A stretch of DNA of 62,942 nucleotides, filler included, from Conidiobolus incongruus B7586 (taxonomy: Eukaryota): assembly GCA_000697335.1 (NCBI GenBank). It is 30 parts of 30 records of this genome, joined end to end, with 100 filler letters (N's around TTAATTAATTAA, not from the genome) between each part and the next. Parts side by side here need not be neighbours in the genome. Positions count along the whole stretch, not along the records: positions 12,627 to 14,083 come from JNEM01004347.1; positions 14,184 to 15,320 come from JNEM01004349.1; positions 15,421 to 16,492 come from JNEM01004350.1; positions 16,593 to 19,530 come from JNEM01004351.1; positions 19,631 to 20,683 come from JNEM01004352.1; positions 20,784 to 23,615 come from JNEM01004353.1; positions 23,716 to 24,722 come from JNEM01004354.1; positions 24,823 to 25,932 come from JNEM01004355.1; 22 more parts are not named here. One strand, given 5' to 3'. A program made the translations under genes and the position numbers. This document shows, piece by piece, positions 13,961-27,553 of this stretch; the stretch's first letter is position 1; each line of letters opens with the position of its first letter. The notes beneath the pieces are model-generated. The model did no database searches and was not told the origin of the DNA. It saw only the letters and a list, made by a program, of their open reading frames with translations.

Positions 13961-16436
13961 TATAATAAAAAATATATTTATTAATTAATTATAATAGGTA
14001 AATATAATATAATTATAATAATATTGCTAATAATATAAAATAATATTAGATAATAGATTAATATCAATTTCTTTATTTATATTNNNNNNNNNNNNNNNNN
14101 NNNNNNNNNNNNNNNNNNNNNNNNNNNTTAATTAATTAANNNNNNNNNNNNNNNNNNNNNNNNNNNNNNNNNNNNNNNNNNNNTTAATTATTTTTAATTT
14201 AATAATAATTTCATAGTTTCATCAATAATTGTGAATGATTGTAAGAAATAATTATTTATTATAATTAATTTCAATTAATGAAAAGCTAAATAAATATTTA
14301 AAACAATAATGGTTATTATTTTATTAATATTTTAAAATATTTTCAATATGTTTATCCATAACTTAAATTAAAAAATTTAGCGTGATATTAGATTATAGAA
14401 AATTATTTTTAATCATTTAAAATTATAAATTATAAAATTTTGTGATTATTAGAAAATATTTCCATTTTATAATAATTAAAAACTGATTTAAAAAAATTCA
14501 AATAGTAAATTAATGATAAAAAATAGATATTATTTAATAATAATTATTTAAACATTATTTTTTTTAATAGATTTTTATAAAATTATAAATCTAAAACATT
14601 TTATATTTTTAATATTTAATATAAGATTATGATTTTGAAAAGATGAGATATATAGATACCAATTCAATTTAAAATAATCAAAAATATAAATTTTTTGATT
14701 ATTAATTCTAAATAAATTTTAATTAAGCATAGTTTTTATTGCAAAAATAAAATAAAATTAATTTAAAAATAAAAATAATAAAATAAACGATATTGAATAA
14801 TAGAACAATTATTAAAAAATAGATTTATTAAAATTATATCACTTTTTATCCATATTCTCCTCATTTATTTTTTTACAATTGAAATATTTTATTTAATATT
14901 GATAAATAGATTATAATAGCAGAATATATAACATGGAATATTCAATCAAAAATTAATATGTTTATATTTAAAAATTAATTTTGTGATTTATGTAGAACAA
15001 TGTAATCATTGAATAGAAAAATTATAACTTTTAATAGTAAATAAAATTTTAAAATTTTATATAATATATTCAATCAAATATATATACAATCTTAATATTT
15101 TTTTAATTTATATTGTCAATAACTATTATTTGAAATATTATTGAATTTATAAAATAAATTAAGATTAAATATATTAATGACCAATACATTTTGATTAGTT
15201 ATTATATAGTTACTCAAAATAAGAATCAATAATGTGATTTGCTAAATTAATATTTTAAAATTTATTTTAAAATTAGATATTTTACTGTTATTTTGAATTT
15301 TAAAAATATTAAAATATTATNNNNNNNNNNNNNNNNNNNNNNNNNNNNNNNNNNNNNNNNNNNNTTAATTAATTAANNNNNNNNNNNNNNNNNNNNNNNN
15401 NNNNNNNNNNNNNNNNNNNNTAAATTATTTGGTTTATAAATTATTTTTATATCATATATTTTTAACTTTTATCTCTATCAAAAAAATATTTTATTTTATA
15501 TTTAATTTTAATCTCATTTAGTTTCAGTAAAAATTTTGATATATCTAATAAATTAATTTATATTTATTTGATTAGAAATAATAAATTTAACAATAATAAT
15601 ATTATTTTTATCATTTTAAGAATCAAAAATTAAAAAGGATATTTGATATATTTATCTATCACTTTTAAATTCTCAATCAAAAATATATTAATAAAATTAA
15701 TTTTTGAAAAAAATTATTAAATGTCTCTAATATTATCAAAATTGGGATTATATTTTTAATTCTGATCATATTAATTTGAAAAATTATATTATCAATATAT
15801 TGATTGATTTGAATTAAAACTCAGTTGGTCATTAAATTTTATTCCATATTTATTACTATATTTTATATTAGCATCATTTAATAAAAATTGGATATATTAA
15901 TATTTAGAAGCAATTTTTCAAATATTTTATTTTATTTTTTTATTTGGAATAATTAAAATTTAAATCAAAAATATCCAAATAAAATATAATATATATTTTA
16001 AAAATTTTCCAATTTTTTGACCCATATTATATTATATTCTTTATAAACAAATTAATCAAAAAATGGTAAGTATGATGTTAAGAATTATGACTGGACATTT
16101 AATTAAAATAATTCAAATATTTCAAATAATAATAATTACAAAATAAAATTAATATTCAAAAAATATTAATTATATACAAATCTATGTCCGTTATTCTCCT
16201 TATTAGATTAGCCTAATTGAAATGCAATAGCTTTAATATATATTTTTAATATTAAATATCATTTTAAAATTATATTTTATCAAATTTCAAATTTATTAAT
16301 TATATATATTCAAATAATTATTTAAATATTAATTTCCAAAATAATCAATATTCTATTTGGGTAAATAAGAATATTCTAATTGATCAAACATAAAATATTT
16401 ATTTAATTTATTATTCCTTCAATATTGTTTTGAAAA

Positions 16437-16440
<4 letters not shown>

Positions 16441-16470
<30 letters not shown>
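16441..16470. repeat. (TA)15 microsatellite
   Basis: Perfect TA dinucleotide run. Confidence 0.9.
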
Positions 16471-16474
<4 letters not shown>

Positions 16475-16592
16475 AAAATAATATAATATTTTNNNNNNNN
16501 NNNNNNNNNNNNNNNNNNNNNNNNNNNNNNNNNNNNTTAATTAATTAANNNNNNNNNNNNNNNNNNNNNNNNNNNNNNNNNNNNNNNNNNNN

Positions 16593-16713
16593 TTTAATTA
16601 AATTATAATTAAATAATTAAAGGATCTATTTCATAACTATTATCTTTTTATTTTTAAGATATTTGGAAATTAATATAATAGTTTAATTAAAGGTATTATT
16701 ATATTAGAAAATA
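16593..16713 (-). mobile_element. Old Tc1 fragment (target of the mariner at 16714)
   Basis: Aligns by eye to 45070-45190 (catalytic region, ...AAAGGTATTAT...GAAAATA). Confidence 0.65.
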
Positions 16714-17898
16714 TTACTTTGTAATTTAATTATTGGGAATTTTTTGTAATTAAAAAAAATAAATATTTTAATATATAAAAAGTAAAAATATATGTATAAT
16801 ACAAAATTAATATTTTCTTTTATTTTCAATAATTTTTTGCTATATTTTTGGCAAAGATCTAACACTTAAAAAATAGTTTTTTTATTAAAGATTGAAATCT
16901 GATATTTTACAAATCAATTAAATTTTCATACAAAAACTTTCTTTCTAACAAGCTGGTTTTTTAATTACCTAAAACAACTATAATCACATAGGTTATAATC
17001 TAAAAAATATACTAGATATGGTAGTTTTTTCTAGTTTTTTTAATCAAAATAACCTTTATATTTTTAGATTTAAATATTTTATAATTATTATGCAAAATAA
17101 TAGGACTTTTCAGATTATATTATGAATATTAATTAGAAATAGTTTTATTTAAAAAAATATATAAATTTTATTATTAATTGATTTTCCTTTAAGAACTAAA
17201 TAAAAATAGCATATGATATTATAATCTATTTCAACAATTAACATTTGCTAATCAACAAAGTGCTTATTTAAATGAATTTGTAGAGAGGGTTGATTTAGCT
17301 TGATCCAACACCTTAATTTATGTTTTAATAAAGGATTATACAAAGGAATCTAAGATTCATCAATTATAATAATTCATTGTAAAAGCTTAAGTTTCTAGCT
17401 ATACCTTAGTAAGTTTTATTTAACAATTACTACTATAGCTTTTTTTAAGCTCTAGTTAAATTATAAGGTACCTATTTTATATTTTTATTAATTAATTTTA
17501 ATTTAAACTTGATTATATATAAAATACTTATATAACTAATATTAAAATATCTTGATAATTCTCTAACTGAAATAAAAAGATGCTTTTCAATAAATTTTTT
17601 ATTTTTTTAATAATTAGAAAAGTAAAAGTTAAAATTAATCTTCTATATTTTAGCAGGTTTTAGGTAGTTTCTCTTTTAACTTTAAAATACTTTACCCAGT
17701 GATAAATTATTGATTTAGATAATATTTTATTATTAAAAGTTGCTTGAAAATTTTAAATGATTTTAAAGGATTTATTGTTAATTTTTACTACTACTAAAAT
17801 AAAAAACTTTTGATAGTTATTATTTGGATTAAATATTATCAAATTAAATAACTAATTTTAAAAATTTTTTTTTAATCAAAAAAGTTATTATATATATA
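16714..17898 (-). mobile_element. Mariner (DD34D) transposon, interrupted by Tc1; 5' end resumes at 19469-19530
   Basis: Minus-strand motifs: HTH LSKSIIYHWVKYFK, K*VPYNLT (KWVPHNLT) at 17451-17477, ILHNN...*KKLPY.VY..DYNLCDY (YSPD.. and third D). Confidence 0.9.
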
Positions 17899-19468
17899 CA
17901 TTAACCTACAAAAGTAAGTTATAAAATTAAAAAAATATAAATTTCTATTAATAACTTAATTAATTCTAATTTAAATAAACTTATATTAAACTATATAATT
18001 AATATATATTTTTTATTGATATTATAATATATAAAATTAAATTTAATTAATTATTAATTGATATATTGAAACTAAAAGTATATATAAGGTGAGTTATAAA
18101 TTTGTGGGTTTTAGTATTGATAGAGAAATTAATATCTATTATATCTATCTTTTGCTTTTCTAACTTTTTTAAGTTTAAAAGGTATAGAGTCAACTAGCTT
18201 TTTATATTAAGCAAGACTAATATTATTCCAAGCTTTTTAAATATACTCTTAAAGTTGATTTAAATTTTTTATTAGGGGGAAAGCTTTAATTTAATTTTTT
18301 AGTTGATCCTAAAGATATTTAATTAGGTTAAGATTAAAAAATTGAAGAGGCTATTTTATAATAATTATTTTGTTATTTTTAAATTATTTAATTGTAAAAT
18401 TTATAGTATAGCAAGATATATTATCTTGTTAGAAAATAATATTTGATATTTTTAATCTATATCACTCAATATTTTTTTTAATTCATTGTTTATAATATTT
18501 TACTATATCTTAAAATTAATTCCTCTATCAATTTTACAAATATACCTTAAACCTAAAGATAATATATATCCACAAACTATAATTAACCTATTATTGTATT
18601 TTTAGGTTAAAATAACATAATGGTTATAAAATAGTTCTTTATCTTTTTTGAAATATCTAGTTTTTTTATTAAATTTATTAAAATATATTGTTATTTCATT
18701 AGACTAAATAACTTTACTTTAGTTAGTTTTGGTTCAAATTTAGTATTGACATTTAAACTCCCACTTAACTTTATAGTAAAACTTCTTTAATTAAAGGTGT
18801 TTTTTCTTGAGATATAAATAATATCTATTTTAATATAAAACACATATAATAGAATTAATATTAACTAATATCCTTGTATAATCTTATAATTCTTGTTATA
18901 CTTATATAGTAATATTATACTTACCTATATTAACTAATTTACAAATATACTTTTTATCATGCTTATCTATAATATTAGCACACTTAAGTTTTGATTTAGG
19001 TGTTTTTTTAGCATTATTCTTAATAACTCTAGCTATAGTAAATCAACTAATACTAGTAATTCTAGTAATCTTATAAGTTGATCTATTTTTATTATAAAGT
19101 TAATTAATATATAAGTGAACTTTTTTAGAGAGATATTTAAGCTTTATAATATTAATTTTATAACATTAGCTTAATAGTTTTATAATATATATAATATAAC
19201 AAAAGAAAAAAAAGATATATATATAAATTTAATTATTTATATCATTTTAATTGATAAACCTATAAATTTATAACTTATTTTGGTTAAATTTAAGGTTTTG
19301 ATATATTAACTAATAGCTAATGAAATATAAACAAATATAGATAGTTATAATCAATTAAAATAGGTAAATTAAATATTTTAATTTAAATTTATTTAATTTA
19401 GAATTATTTAAGTTATAGGTAAATATTTAAGTATTTTTGATTTTATAACTTATTTTTGCAGGCTAGTG
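17899..19468 (-). mobile_element. Tc1 transposon, full length (1570 bp) with TA target-site duplication
   Basis: TA|CATTAACCTACAAAAGTAAGTTATAAAATT ... GATTTTATAACTTATTTTTGCAGGCTAGTG|TA; inner DRs at ~18086-18108 and ~19257-19283. Confidence 0.93.
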
Positions 19469-19630
19469 TATATATATATTTTAAAACTATTTATTTTCCT
19501 ATTTGTTTTGTATATATATTATTATTTATANNNNNNNNNNNNNNNNNNNNNNNNNNNNNNNNNNNNNNNNNNNNTTAATTAATTAANNNNNNNNNNNNNN
19601 NNNNNNNNNNNNNNNNNNNNNNNNNNNNNN

Positions 19631-20683
19631 ATAAATATTTAATGAAATAAACCTAAATTAAATAATTAAAATATATATATTTAATAATAGTATAAATCAT
19701 TAAATGATGATATTAATTATTAATTAATTAAGATAACAACTCTTAAATTTTACTTAAGATAAGTTATAAATTTATAGGTTTTTAGTGATAAAAAAATTAA
19801 AACTTAATTTATCTACCTTTAACTATTCTAACTTTTTTTTATAAAGTATATAATTAATTGACTTCTTAAATTAAAAAAGGTTATTTTTGTTTTATATTTC
19901 TTAAATATATTCTAAAAGCTAATTTAAACCTTTTGATAAAATAAAAGTATTAATAACTATTTTAACTAATTCTAAAGATATATATTGTTATAATAAAAAA
20001 ATTAAAGAAATTATTTTATAATTATTATCTCATTATCTTTAAGCAATTTAATAATAGAAGTAATAGTATAACAAAAGTTAATATTTTATTAGAAAAAAAT
20101 ATTAAAATTATTTAACTTATATTATTAGTTTTTTTCAATTTATTGTTGTGAATACTTTAATATATCTCAATATTAATTCCCTCTTTAACTTTATAAATAT
20201 ACCTTATATTTATATTAAAAATAATATGTATCCTTAAATTATAATTAAGATATTATTTTATGTTTAGGAAATATTAACATAATAGTCAAAATATAGTTTC
20301 ATATCTATTTTTAAATATCTACTTTTTTTAATTAAATATACTATTATATATTTTCGTTTTATTATTAAATAAACTCATTTGAATTAATTCTGATTCAATA
20401 TTAATAATGATATTTAAACTCCCATTTAACTTTATAACGGGATTTCTTTAATTAAGAGTGTTTTTTCTTAAGATATAAGTAGTATCTATATTAAAATAAA
20501 ATATATATTATAGTATTAATATCAATTAATAATCCTATATCATCTTATAATTCATAATATATTTCAAAAATAATATAATATTTACTAATATTAAATAACT
20601 TATAAATATACTTCATTATATTTATTTATAATCTTAATATATTTAAAATAAGTTTATATTTATTTTTTTGCTATTTTTAACAG
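19631..20683 (-). mobile_element. Tc1 transposon, partial
   Basis: Reverse complement of ~11215-12270, including inner DR AAGATAAGTTATAAATTTATAGG. Confidence 0.85.
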
Positions 20684-21169
20684 NNNNNNNNNNNNNNNNN
20701 NNNNNNNNNNNNNNNNNNNNNNNNNNNTTAATTAATTAANNNNNNNNNNNNNNNNNNNNNNNNNNNNNNNNNNNNNNNNNNNNTAATTTAATTTAATTTT
20801 AAATAAAACTGAATCAATTTTTACCCAATAATAATTACTACAATATTACTAGTTATCAAAGTTCAAGATTAAATTATCAAAATCAAATATTATAAAATAA
20901 TATAATATATTTTTATATTATCATGAAAATTATAATATTAGATAATATTTAATAAATCTTTTATATATAATTTGAAATGAATATTTAACAAATAATTAAA
21001 TAATTATTTTAATAAACTATATTAAAATAATTTTATTTTATTTATTTTAATTAAAATGAAGTTAATAATAAAATATATATTTTATGTTTTTATAATAATA
21101 ATTTCAATTGTTTTTAATTTAAATGTTTACAAATCTATTATTTTGAGTAATAATTCGATAATATAAAAA

Positions 21170-21430
21170 CCTATAGATATAAAAAATTTCTTAACCAAAA
21201 ATAACTAGATAAAACTATAATATCAAGTATATTGTTTATATTATAACAAATTTGACTAAAATTGCTTGAGGTAATTATTGAATTAGTTTACAAAAAGAAA
21301 TTTTTTTTCAAAAAAATTTAATTATTTTGAAAAAATTAAATTTAAAATTTGAACAAAAAGAACGTAATTTAAGACATTAGAAGTTTGTCAAAAATAAGTG
21401 AAAAATTTTTTAAAAATATAGAATATTAAA
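21170..21430 (+). mobile_element. Old mariner 3' fragment
   Basis: ATAACTAGATAAAACTA...TTGCTTGAGGTAATT...GACATTAGAAGTTTGTCAAAAAT resembles the mariner C-terminal region (8520-8720) with extra divergence. Confidence 0.6.
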
Positions 21431-23715
21431 CAATATTTATTAAATATATATATAAAATATAATAAATTAAATTAATAGAATTCAAATTAATTTAATATAT
21501 ATTAAATAAATGATATAATAATTAAACAATTAATTTCAAAATTTATTTAATTAATTATTGTTATTATTTAATCATTAATAAGAATTCATAAAATTAATTA
21601 GAAAAGTTTAATATTGTTTAAATCCAATATATTTATAATATATATTAATATTTTAATATTATATATATTCTTTAAAATAATATATTGGATATAGATAATT
21701 TATTATATAATATTATTCATATTTTATTATATTTAATATATATACTTTGAAATTAAATTAATTAATATTATAATGATATAATATATAATTTAATTATTGC
21801 AAATTTTTATTAATAATTAAATAGAAATATTTAATAATAAATTAATATTAGAATTTATCATCCAATATCCAGATAATTAAAATCAAATTAACCAATTTTG
21901 CTCAAAATGATATCTCACTTAATATATATTTATAATTTTTTAAATTTATGTTAATTTGTATCCTTTTATATAATAAAATAATTAATATATTAAAGATATT
22001 TTTTTGCCATACTTTTGGCAAGCTGTAGAAATAAAAACATAATTTTGATTGATTGATTGATTATCATTTAATGATTTTAATTAAACTGGACAATTATAAT
22101 TAAATTAATTATAATCTCCAGGAATTTCTGATTATCATTATATTTTCAAGTTATTTCACAAAGAAATTTGATAATATTGATTTGATTAATATTATCTAGT
22201 CAAATAATAATTATTAATTATTTAATTTATTGCAATCTTAACAATAAAAATTATTATTTTTGCAAAAAATTTAATTTTTCTAATTTATAAATATTACTAC
22301 TTAAGTATATAAATTATTGTAAATTTGAATTATAATTAGAATATGTAAATAAAACAAGAATATAATTATATCAATTATTCTTAAATGTTTAATTAGATTA
22401 GACTTATATTATGTTTTACATTTTAATAAAGAACTATATAAAAAGTTTCATATATAATTATTTTGATTTAAAATTAAAATTATTGATGATCAAAATATTT
22501 TGATTATAATTGTTATATATAGCTATAAAAACTTGTCTATTTTAATTATATATATATATTTAGTATATAATATTTTTAAAAGTGATATAAGTAATATTAT
22601 TTTATTATATAAGTTAAATATTATCAAAAAAAATCTTTTATTATTATTTATTATTTAAAAGTAAAAATAAAAATCATTATAATTTTTTTAAATTCTAAAT
22701 GAATCAAAATTCATTATATTCATTTAAAATCACTCACTTATTAAAAATTAAAACAATCAAATAATATTATATTATCAAAGTCATTATTTGTTTTATAAAA
22801 TCTAATTAACAAATGATTTTATTATTCTAAGAATAAAATATAAATCAATGGTTTCTATTTTATTTACTTTTAATTAAATTAATAAAATTTAAAAAATTAA
22901 TTATTGATTTAAATAACTTATATTTAAATATATTTTAAAATGTATTATTCAACTTTATTTATTATCCTAAATATTTTTTATTGATTGCTTTTGGGGAAAT
23001 TAAAATAATATTAATATGATAAAGAATTAAATTTTAGTATTTTTTCCAATTTAAAATGAAATTATAAAAATATAAAAATATTTGTCAAGTTATTTAGAAG
23101 AATTTTTAAATTGATGAATTTATTATTTATAATATAAAATATAATTTGATTTGTTTATGATACATTAAAATTATATATTAGATACTATTAAATAAATAAA
23201 AAAAAACTAATATGAAAATAAATAATATAATTAAATTATAGATATAAAAATTATATTGATAAAATGAAGGATTGAAAATAGAATTTAAATCTAAAAATAA
23301 CAAATGTAATATATAACATTTGCAAATTAATTTAAATTAAAAAATAATCAATGTTTTATAAAATCATTTTTAAATATATGAACATTGATATAATTAAATT
23401 ATAATATGAATAAAGTCTAATATATTATCATTTTATAAACATTTATGTATATAAATTATATTAATTTTGATTACATATTACAAAATAAATAACCCTCTAT
23501 TAATTATCAATTTTTCTGTCGTTATATAATTTTATTCTACTATATAATAATTTTTTGAGATTTATAATTTGTAGTAAAAATATTAATTTTAAATATTAAA
23601 TTTATAGTTAAAAAANNNNNNNNNNNNNNNNNNNNNNNNNNNNNNNNNNNNNNNNNNNNTTAATTAATTAANNNNNNNNNNNNNNNNNNNNNNNNNNNNN
23701 NNNNNNNNNNNNNNN

Positions 23716-24722
23716 TTATTATTTAAATCAATTTAAATTAAAAAATATAATAAACTTGTACTATTTATTTATAATTAAATATATTTTGATCAAATCATAT
23801 TAATTAAAAATGAATATATTAAAATTTAAAGTTTATTTAAGATAAGTTATAAATTTATATATTTTGGTTATAAAAAGAAAATTAAAACTTAATATATTTA
23901 TTTTTTGCTTTTCTAACTTTTTTAAGTTAATAGGGTATAAAATCAACTAATTGTTTATATTAAAAAAAACTCACTTATTTTAAGTTTCTTAAATATATTT
24001 TTAAAGTTTATTTAAATTTTTTGCTAGTGGGAAAACTTTAAATATTTTTTTAACTGATCCTAAAGATATTTAATTAGATTAAAATTAGGAGATTAAAGAA
24101 ACCATTTTATAACTATTATTTCATTATCATTAAACTATTAGGTAATAGAAATAATAATATAACAAAGTGTATTATCTTATTGAAAAATAAAATCTGATTT
24201 ATTTAATCTATACTATTTAAGAGATTTTTTTAATTTAATATATAAAATATTTTAATATATCTAAATATTAATTCTTTTATTAATTTTATAAAAATACCTT
24301 ATATTAAAAGATAATATATATCCTTTAACTATAATTAACTTGTTATTATATTTTTAAGTGAAAATAATATAATGGCTATTAAATCATTTTTTTGTTTTTT
24401 CTAAAATATTTAAATTTTTTATTAAATTCTTTAATATATATTTTTGTTTTATTAAACTAAATAACCTTATTTTGATTACTTTTAGTTTAATTTTAATAGT
24501 GATATTTAAACCTTTGTTTAGTTTTATAATAAGATTTCTTTAGTTAAGGGTGTTTTTTTAAAATATAAATAATATCTATTAAATTATAAAAAATATATAA
24601 AATATTAGTATTAATTAATATTTTTGCATGGTTTTATAATATTTTTATATTTATATAATAATAATATAGTTACTTATACTAACTAACTTATAAATATACT
24701 TTTTATTAAATTTATCTATAAT
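23716..24722 (-). mobile_element. Tc1 transposon, partial
   Basis: Collinear with 6400-7400. Confidence 0.85.
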
Positions 24723-24822
24723 NNNNNNNNNNNNNNNNNNNNNNNNNNNNNNNNNNNNNNNNNNNNTTAATTAATTAANNNNNNNNNNNNNNNNNNNNNN
24801 NNNNNNNNNNNNNNNNNNNNNN

Positions 24823-25932
24823 AATTAAAAATAAATAAACATTTTGATATATAATATATGAAAATAGGTATATATTATAAATTTAACATTTTCTTTTAAT
24901 ATTAATATCTTTGTACTATATTTTTACCAAACTTCTAACATCTAAAATTGTTTTTTTTATTAAGAACTAAAATTTAATATTTTATAAACTAATTAAATTT
25001 TTTTATAAGAATTTTCTTTTTTTTAAGCTGGTTTTTTAAATATCTAAAGTAATTATAATCATATAGGTTATAATCTAGGGAATATATTGAATATGGTAGT
25101 TTTTTCTAGTTATTTTTAATTAGAAATTTTTTTTTTGCTTTAGATTCATATATTTTATAATTATTATATAAAATAATAGGTTTTTTAAATTATATTATAG
25201 ACTATAATTAAAGATACTTTTATTTAAAAAATCAATATAAAGTTTACTATTAGTTGATTTTTAATTCAAAAACTTAATAAAAGTAATATATACCATTGTA
25301 ATCTATTATAATAATTAACATTCATTTATTAATAAAAATACTTATTTAAAAAGATTTATAAAGGGAGTTAATTTAGCTTGATCTAGTATCTTGATTTGTG
25401 CTTTGATAAAGGATTATACATAAGGATTTAAAAATCATCAATTATAATTATTTATTATAAAAGATTAGGTTCCTAGTAATATTTTAATAAGTTTTGTTTA
25501 ATAATAGCTATTTTAACTCTTTTTAAACATTAGTTAAATTATAAGATACCAATTTTGTATTTTTTTTAATTTGAATTTAAACTTTAATATATAAAAAGTA
25601 CTTATAAGACTAATATTAAAGTACTTAGATAATTCTTTAACTAAAATAAAACAGTATTTTTTTAATATATTTTTTTCTTTCTATTAATAATTAAAAAAAT
25701 AATAATTTAAGTTAATCTTTTAAATCTTAATTAATTTTAGATAGTTTTTTTTCTTAATCTTAAAATAATTTACTTAATAATAAATTATTGATTTAGATAA
25801 CTCTTTATTACCAAAAGCTACTTGTAAATTTTAAATAATTTTAGAGCTTTTATGGTTAAGTTTTACTAATACTAAAATAAAAGACTTATGATGATTATTA
25901 TTTGGTTTAAATATAATTAAATTAAGTAATTA
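24823..25932 (-). mobile_element. Mariner transposon, partial
   Basis: Collinear with 16750-17855 and 1-1090. Confidence 0.87.
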
Positions 25933-26032
25933 NNNNNNNNNNNNNNNNNNNNNNNNNNNNNNNNNNNNNNNNNNNNTTAATTAATTAANNNNNNNNNNNN
26001 NNNNNNNNNNNNNNNNNNNNNNNNNNNNNNNN

Positions 26033-27108
26033 AAAATAAATTATAAAATTATAATTATTTATATTTTTATCATTAATTATATTGATTCTTAATTAAATCA
26101 ATATAAATTAAAATATATACAAAAATTTATATTAATTATTTATTATGAATTATATATGATCAAATTATGTTAATTTTTAGTTGATATATTAAAATTTAAA
26201 TTTTATCTAAAATTAATTAAAAATTTATATATTTTATTAATAAAAAAAATTAAAATTTAATATATTTATTTTTTGTTTTTTTTTTAATTTTTTTGAGTTT
26301 ATAAAGTATATATTTAATTAACTTCTTATATTTAGAAGGATTAATTTTGCTTTAAACTTTTTAAATATATTTTTAAAACTTATTTAAATTTTTTGCTAAT
26401 AGGAAAGCTTTGATTATTTTTTTAACTAATCCTAAAAATATTTAATAAGATTAAAATTAGGGGATTAAAAAAGCTATTTTATAAATATTATTTTATTATT
26501 TTAAACCTCAGGTTATATAAATAATAAGATAAAAAAAGGTATTATTTTATTAAGAAATAATATCTGATATATTTAATTAATATTATTCAATAATTGTATT
26601 TAATTTATTATTTAAAATATTTTAATATACTTTGATATTAATTCCCTTATTAATTTTATACAAATACCTTATATTAAAAAGTAATATATATTTTGAAACT
26701 ATAATTAATTTATTATTATTTTTTCAGGTTAAAATTACATCATAGTTATAAAGTATTTTTTTGTCTTATTTAAAATATTTAGTTTTTCTATTAAATTTAT
26801 TAAGTTATATTCTTGTTTTATTATATTGAATTATTTTTATTAGTTTTAGCTTTATTTTGATATTGATATTTAAATTCTTACCTAACTTTATCATGGGATT
26901 TTATTAGATAAAGGTGTTTTTTCTTAAATATATATGATATCTATAATAATATAAAGTATTTATAATAGTATTAATATTAATTAATACTTTTATATAGTTT
27001 TATAATTTTTTCATGTTTTTATAATAATATTTTATTAACTTATATTAACCTATCTATAAATGTAAAGTTAATCATATTTATTCATAATATTAATATATTT
27101 AAATTTAA
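26033..27108 (-). mobile_element. Tc1 transposon, partial
   Basis: Collinear with 6360-7420, more heavily mutated. Confidence 0.83.
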
Positions 27109-27208
27109 NNNNNNNNNNNNNNNNNNNNNNNNNNNNNNNNNNNNNNNNNNNNTTAATTAATTAANNNNNNNNNNNNNNNNNNNNNNNNNNNNNNNNNNNN
27201 NNNNNNNN

Positions 27209-27553
27209 TTTACTATAAATTATATAATTAATTTATACTTTTATAACTAAATTAATTATAAAAATAATAACAAATTATATAATAAACTAGGTTTTTTTAA
27301 TATTTATTATTTATTATCTTTTTCATTATTTCTAAGATTAAAACTATATCCTATTAATATAATAGTATATTAACACTATTTAATATAAATTTTAATATAT
27401 TAGTAACTCATCCTAATTTGAAGCTTAATTAAACTTTGTTTATATTTACATACTACAACTATATTATAATGTTATATTTTATGCTACATTATTTCTATAT
27501 TAAGTTTTCCTCTATATTATATTAGTATTTACAATTATACTTATATAGTAACA
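27209..27553 (+). repeat. Putative 5' LTR of Gypsy family C
   Basis: Near-collinear with 60475-60815, which lies downstream of the family C chromodomain; ends in GTAACA (typical TG..CA LTR end). Confidence 0.7.

Noticed and set aside
22330..22620. Possible solo LTR (also 44260-44480)
   Set aside because: Similarity to the family C LTR is too weak to separate from chance at this AT content.
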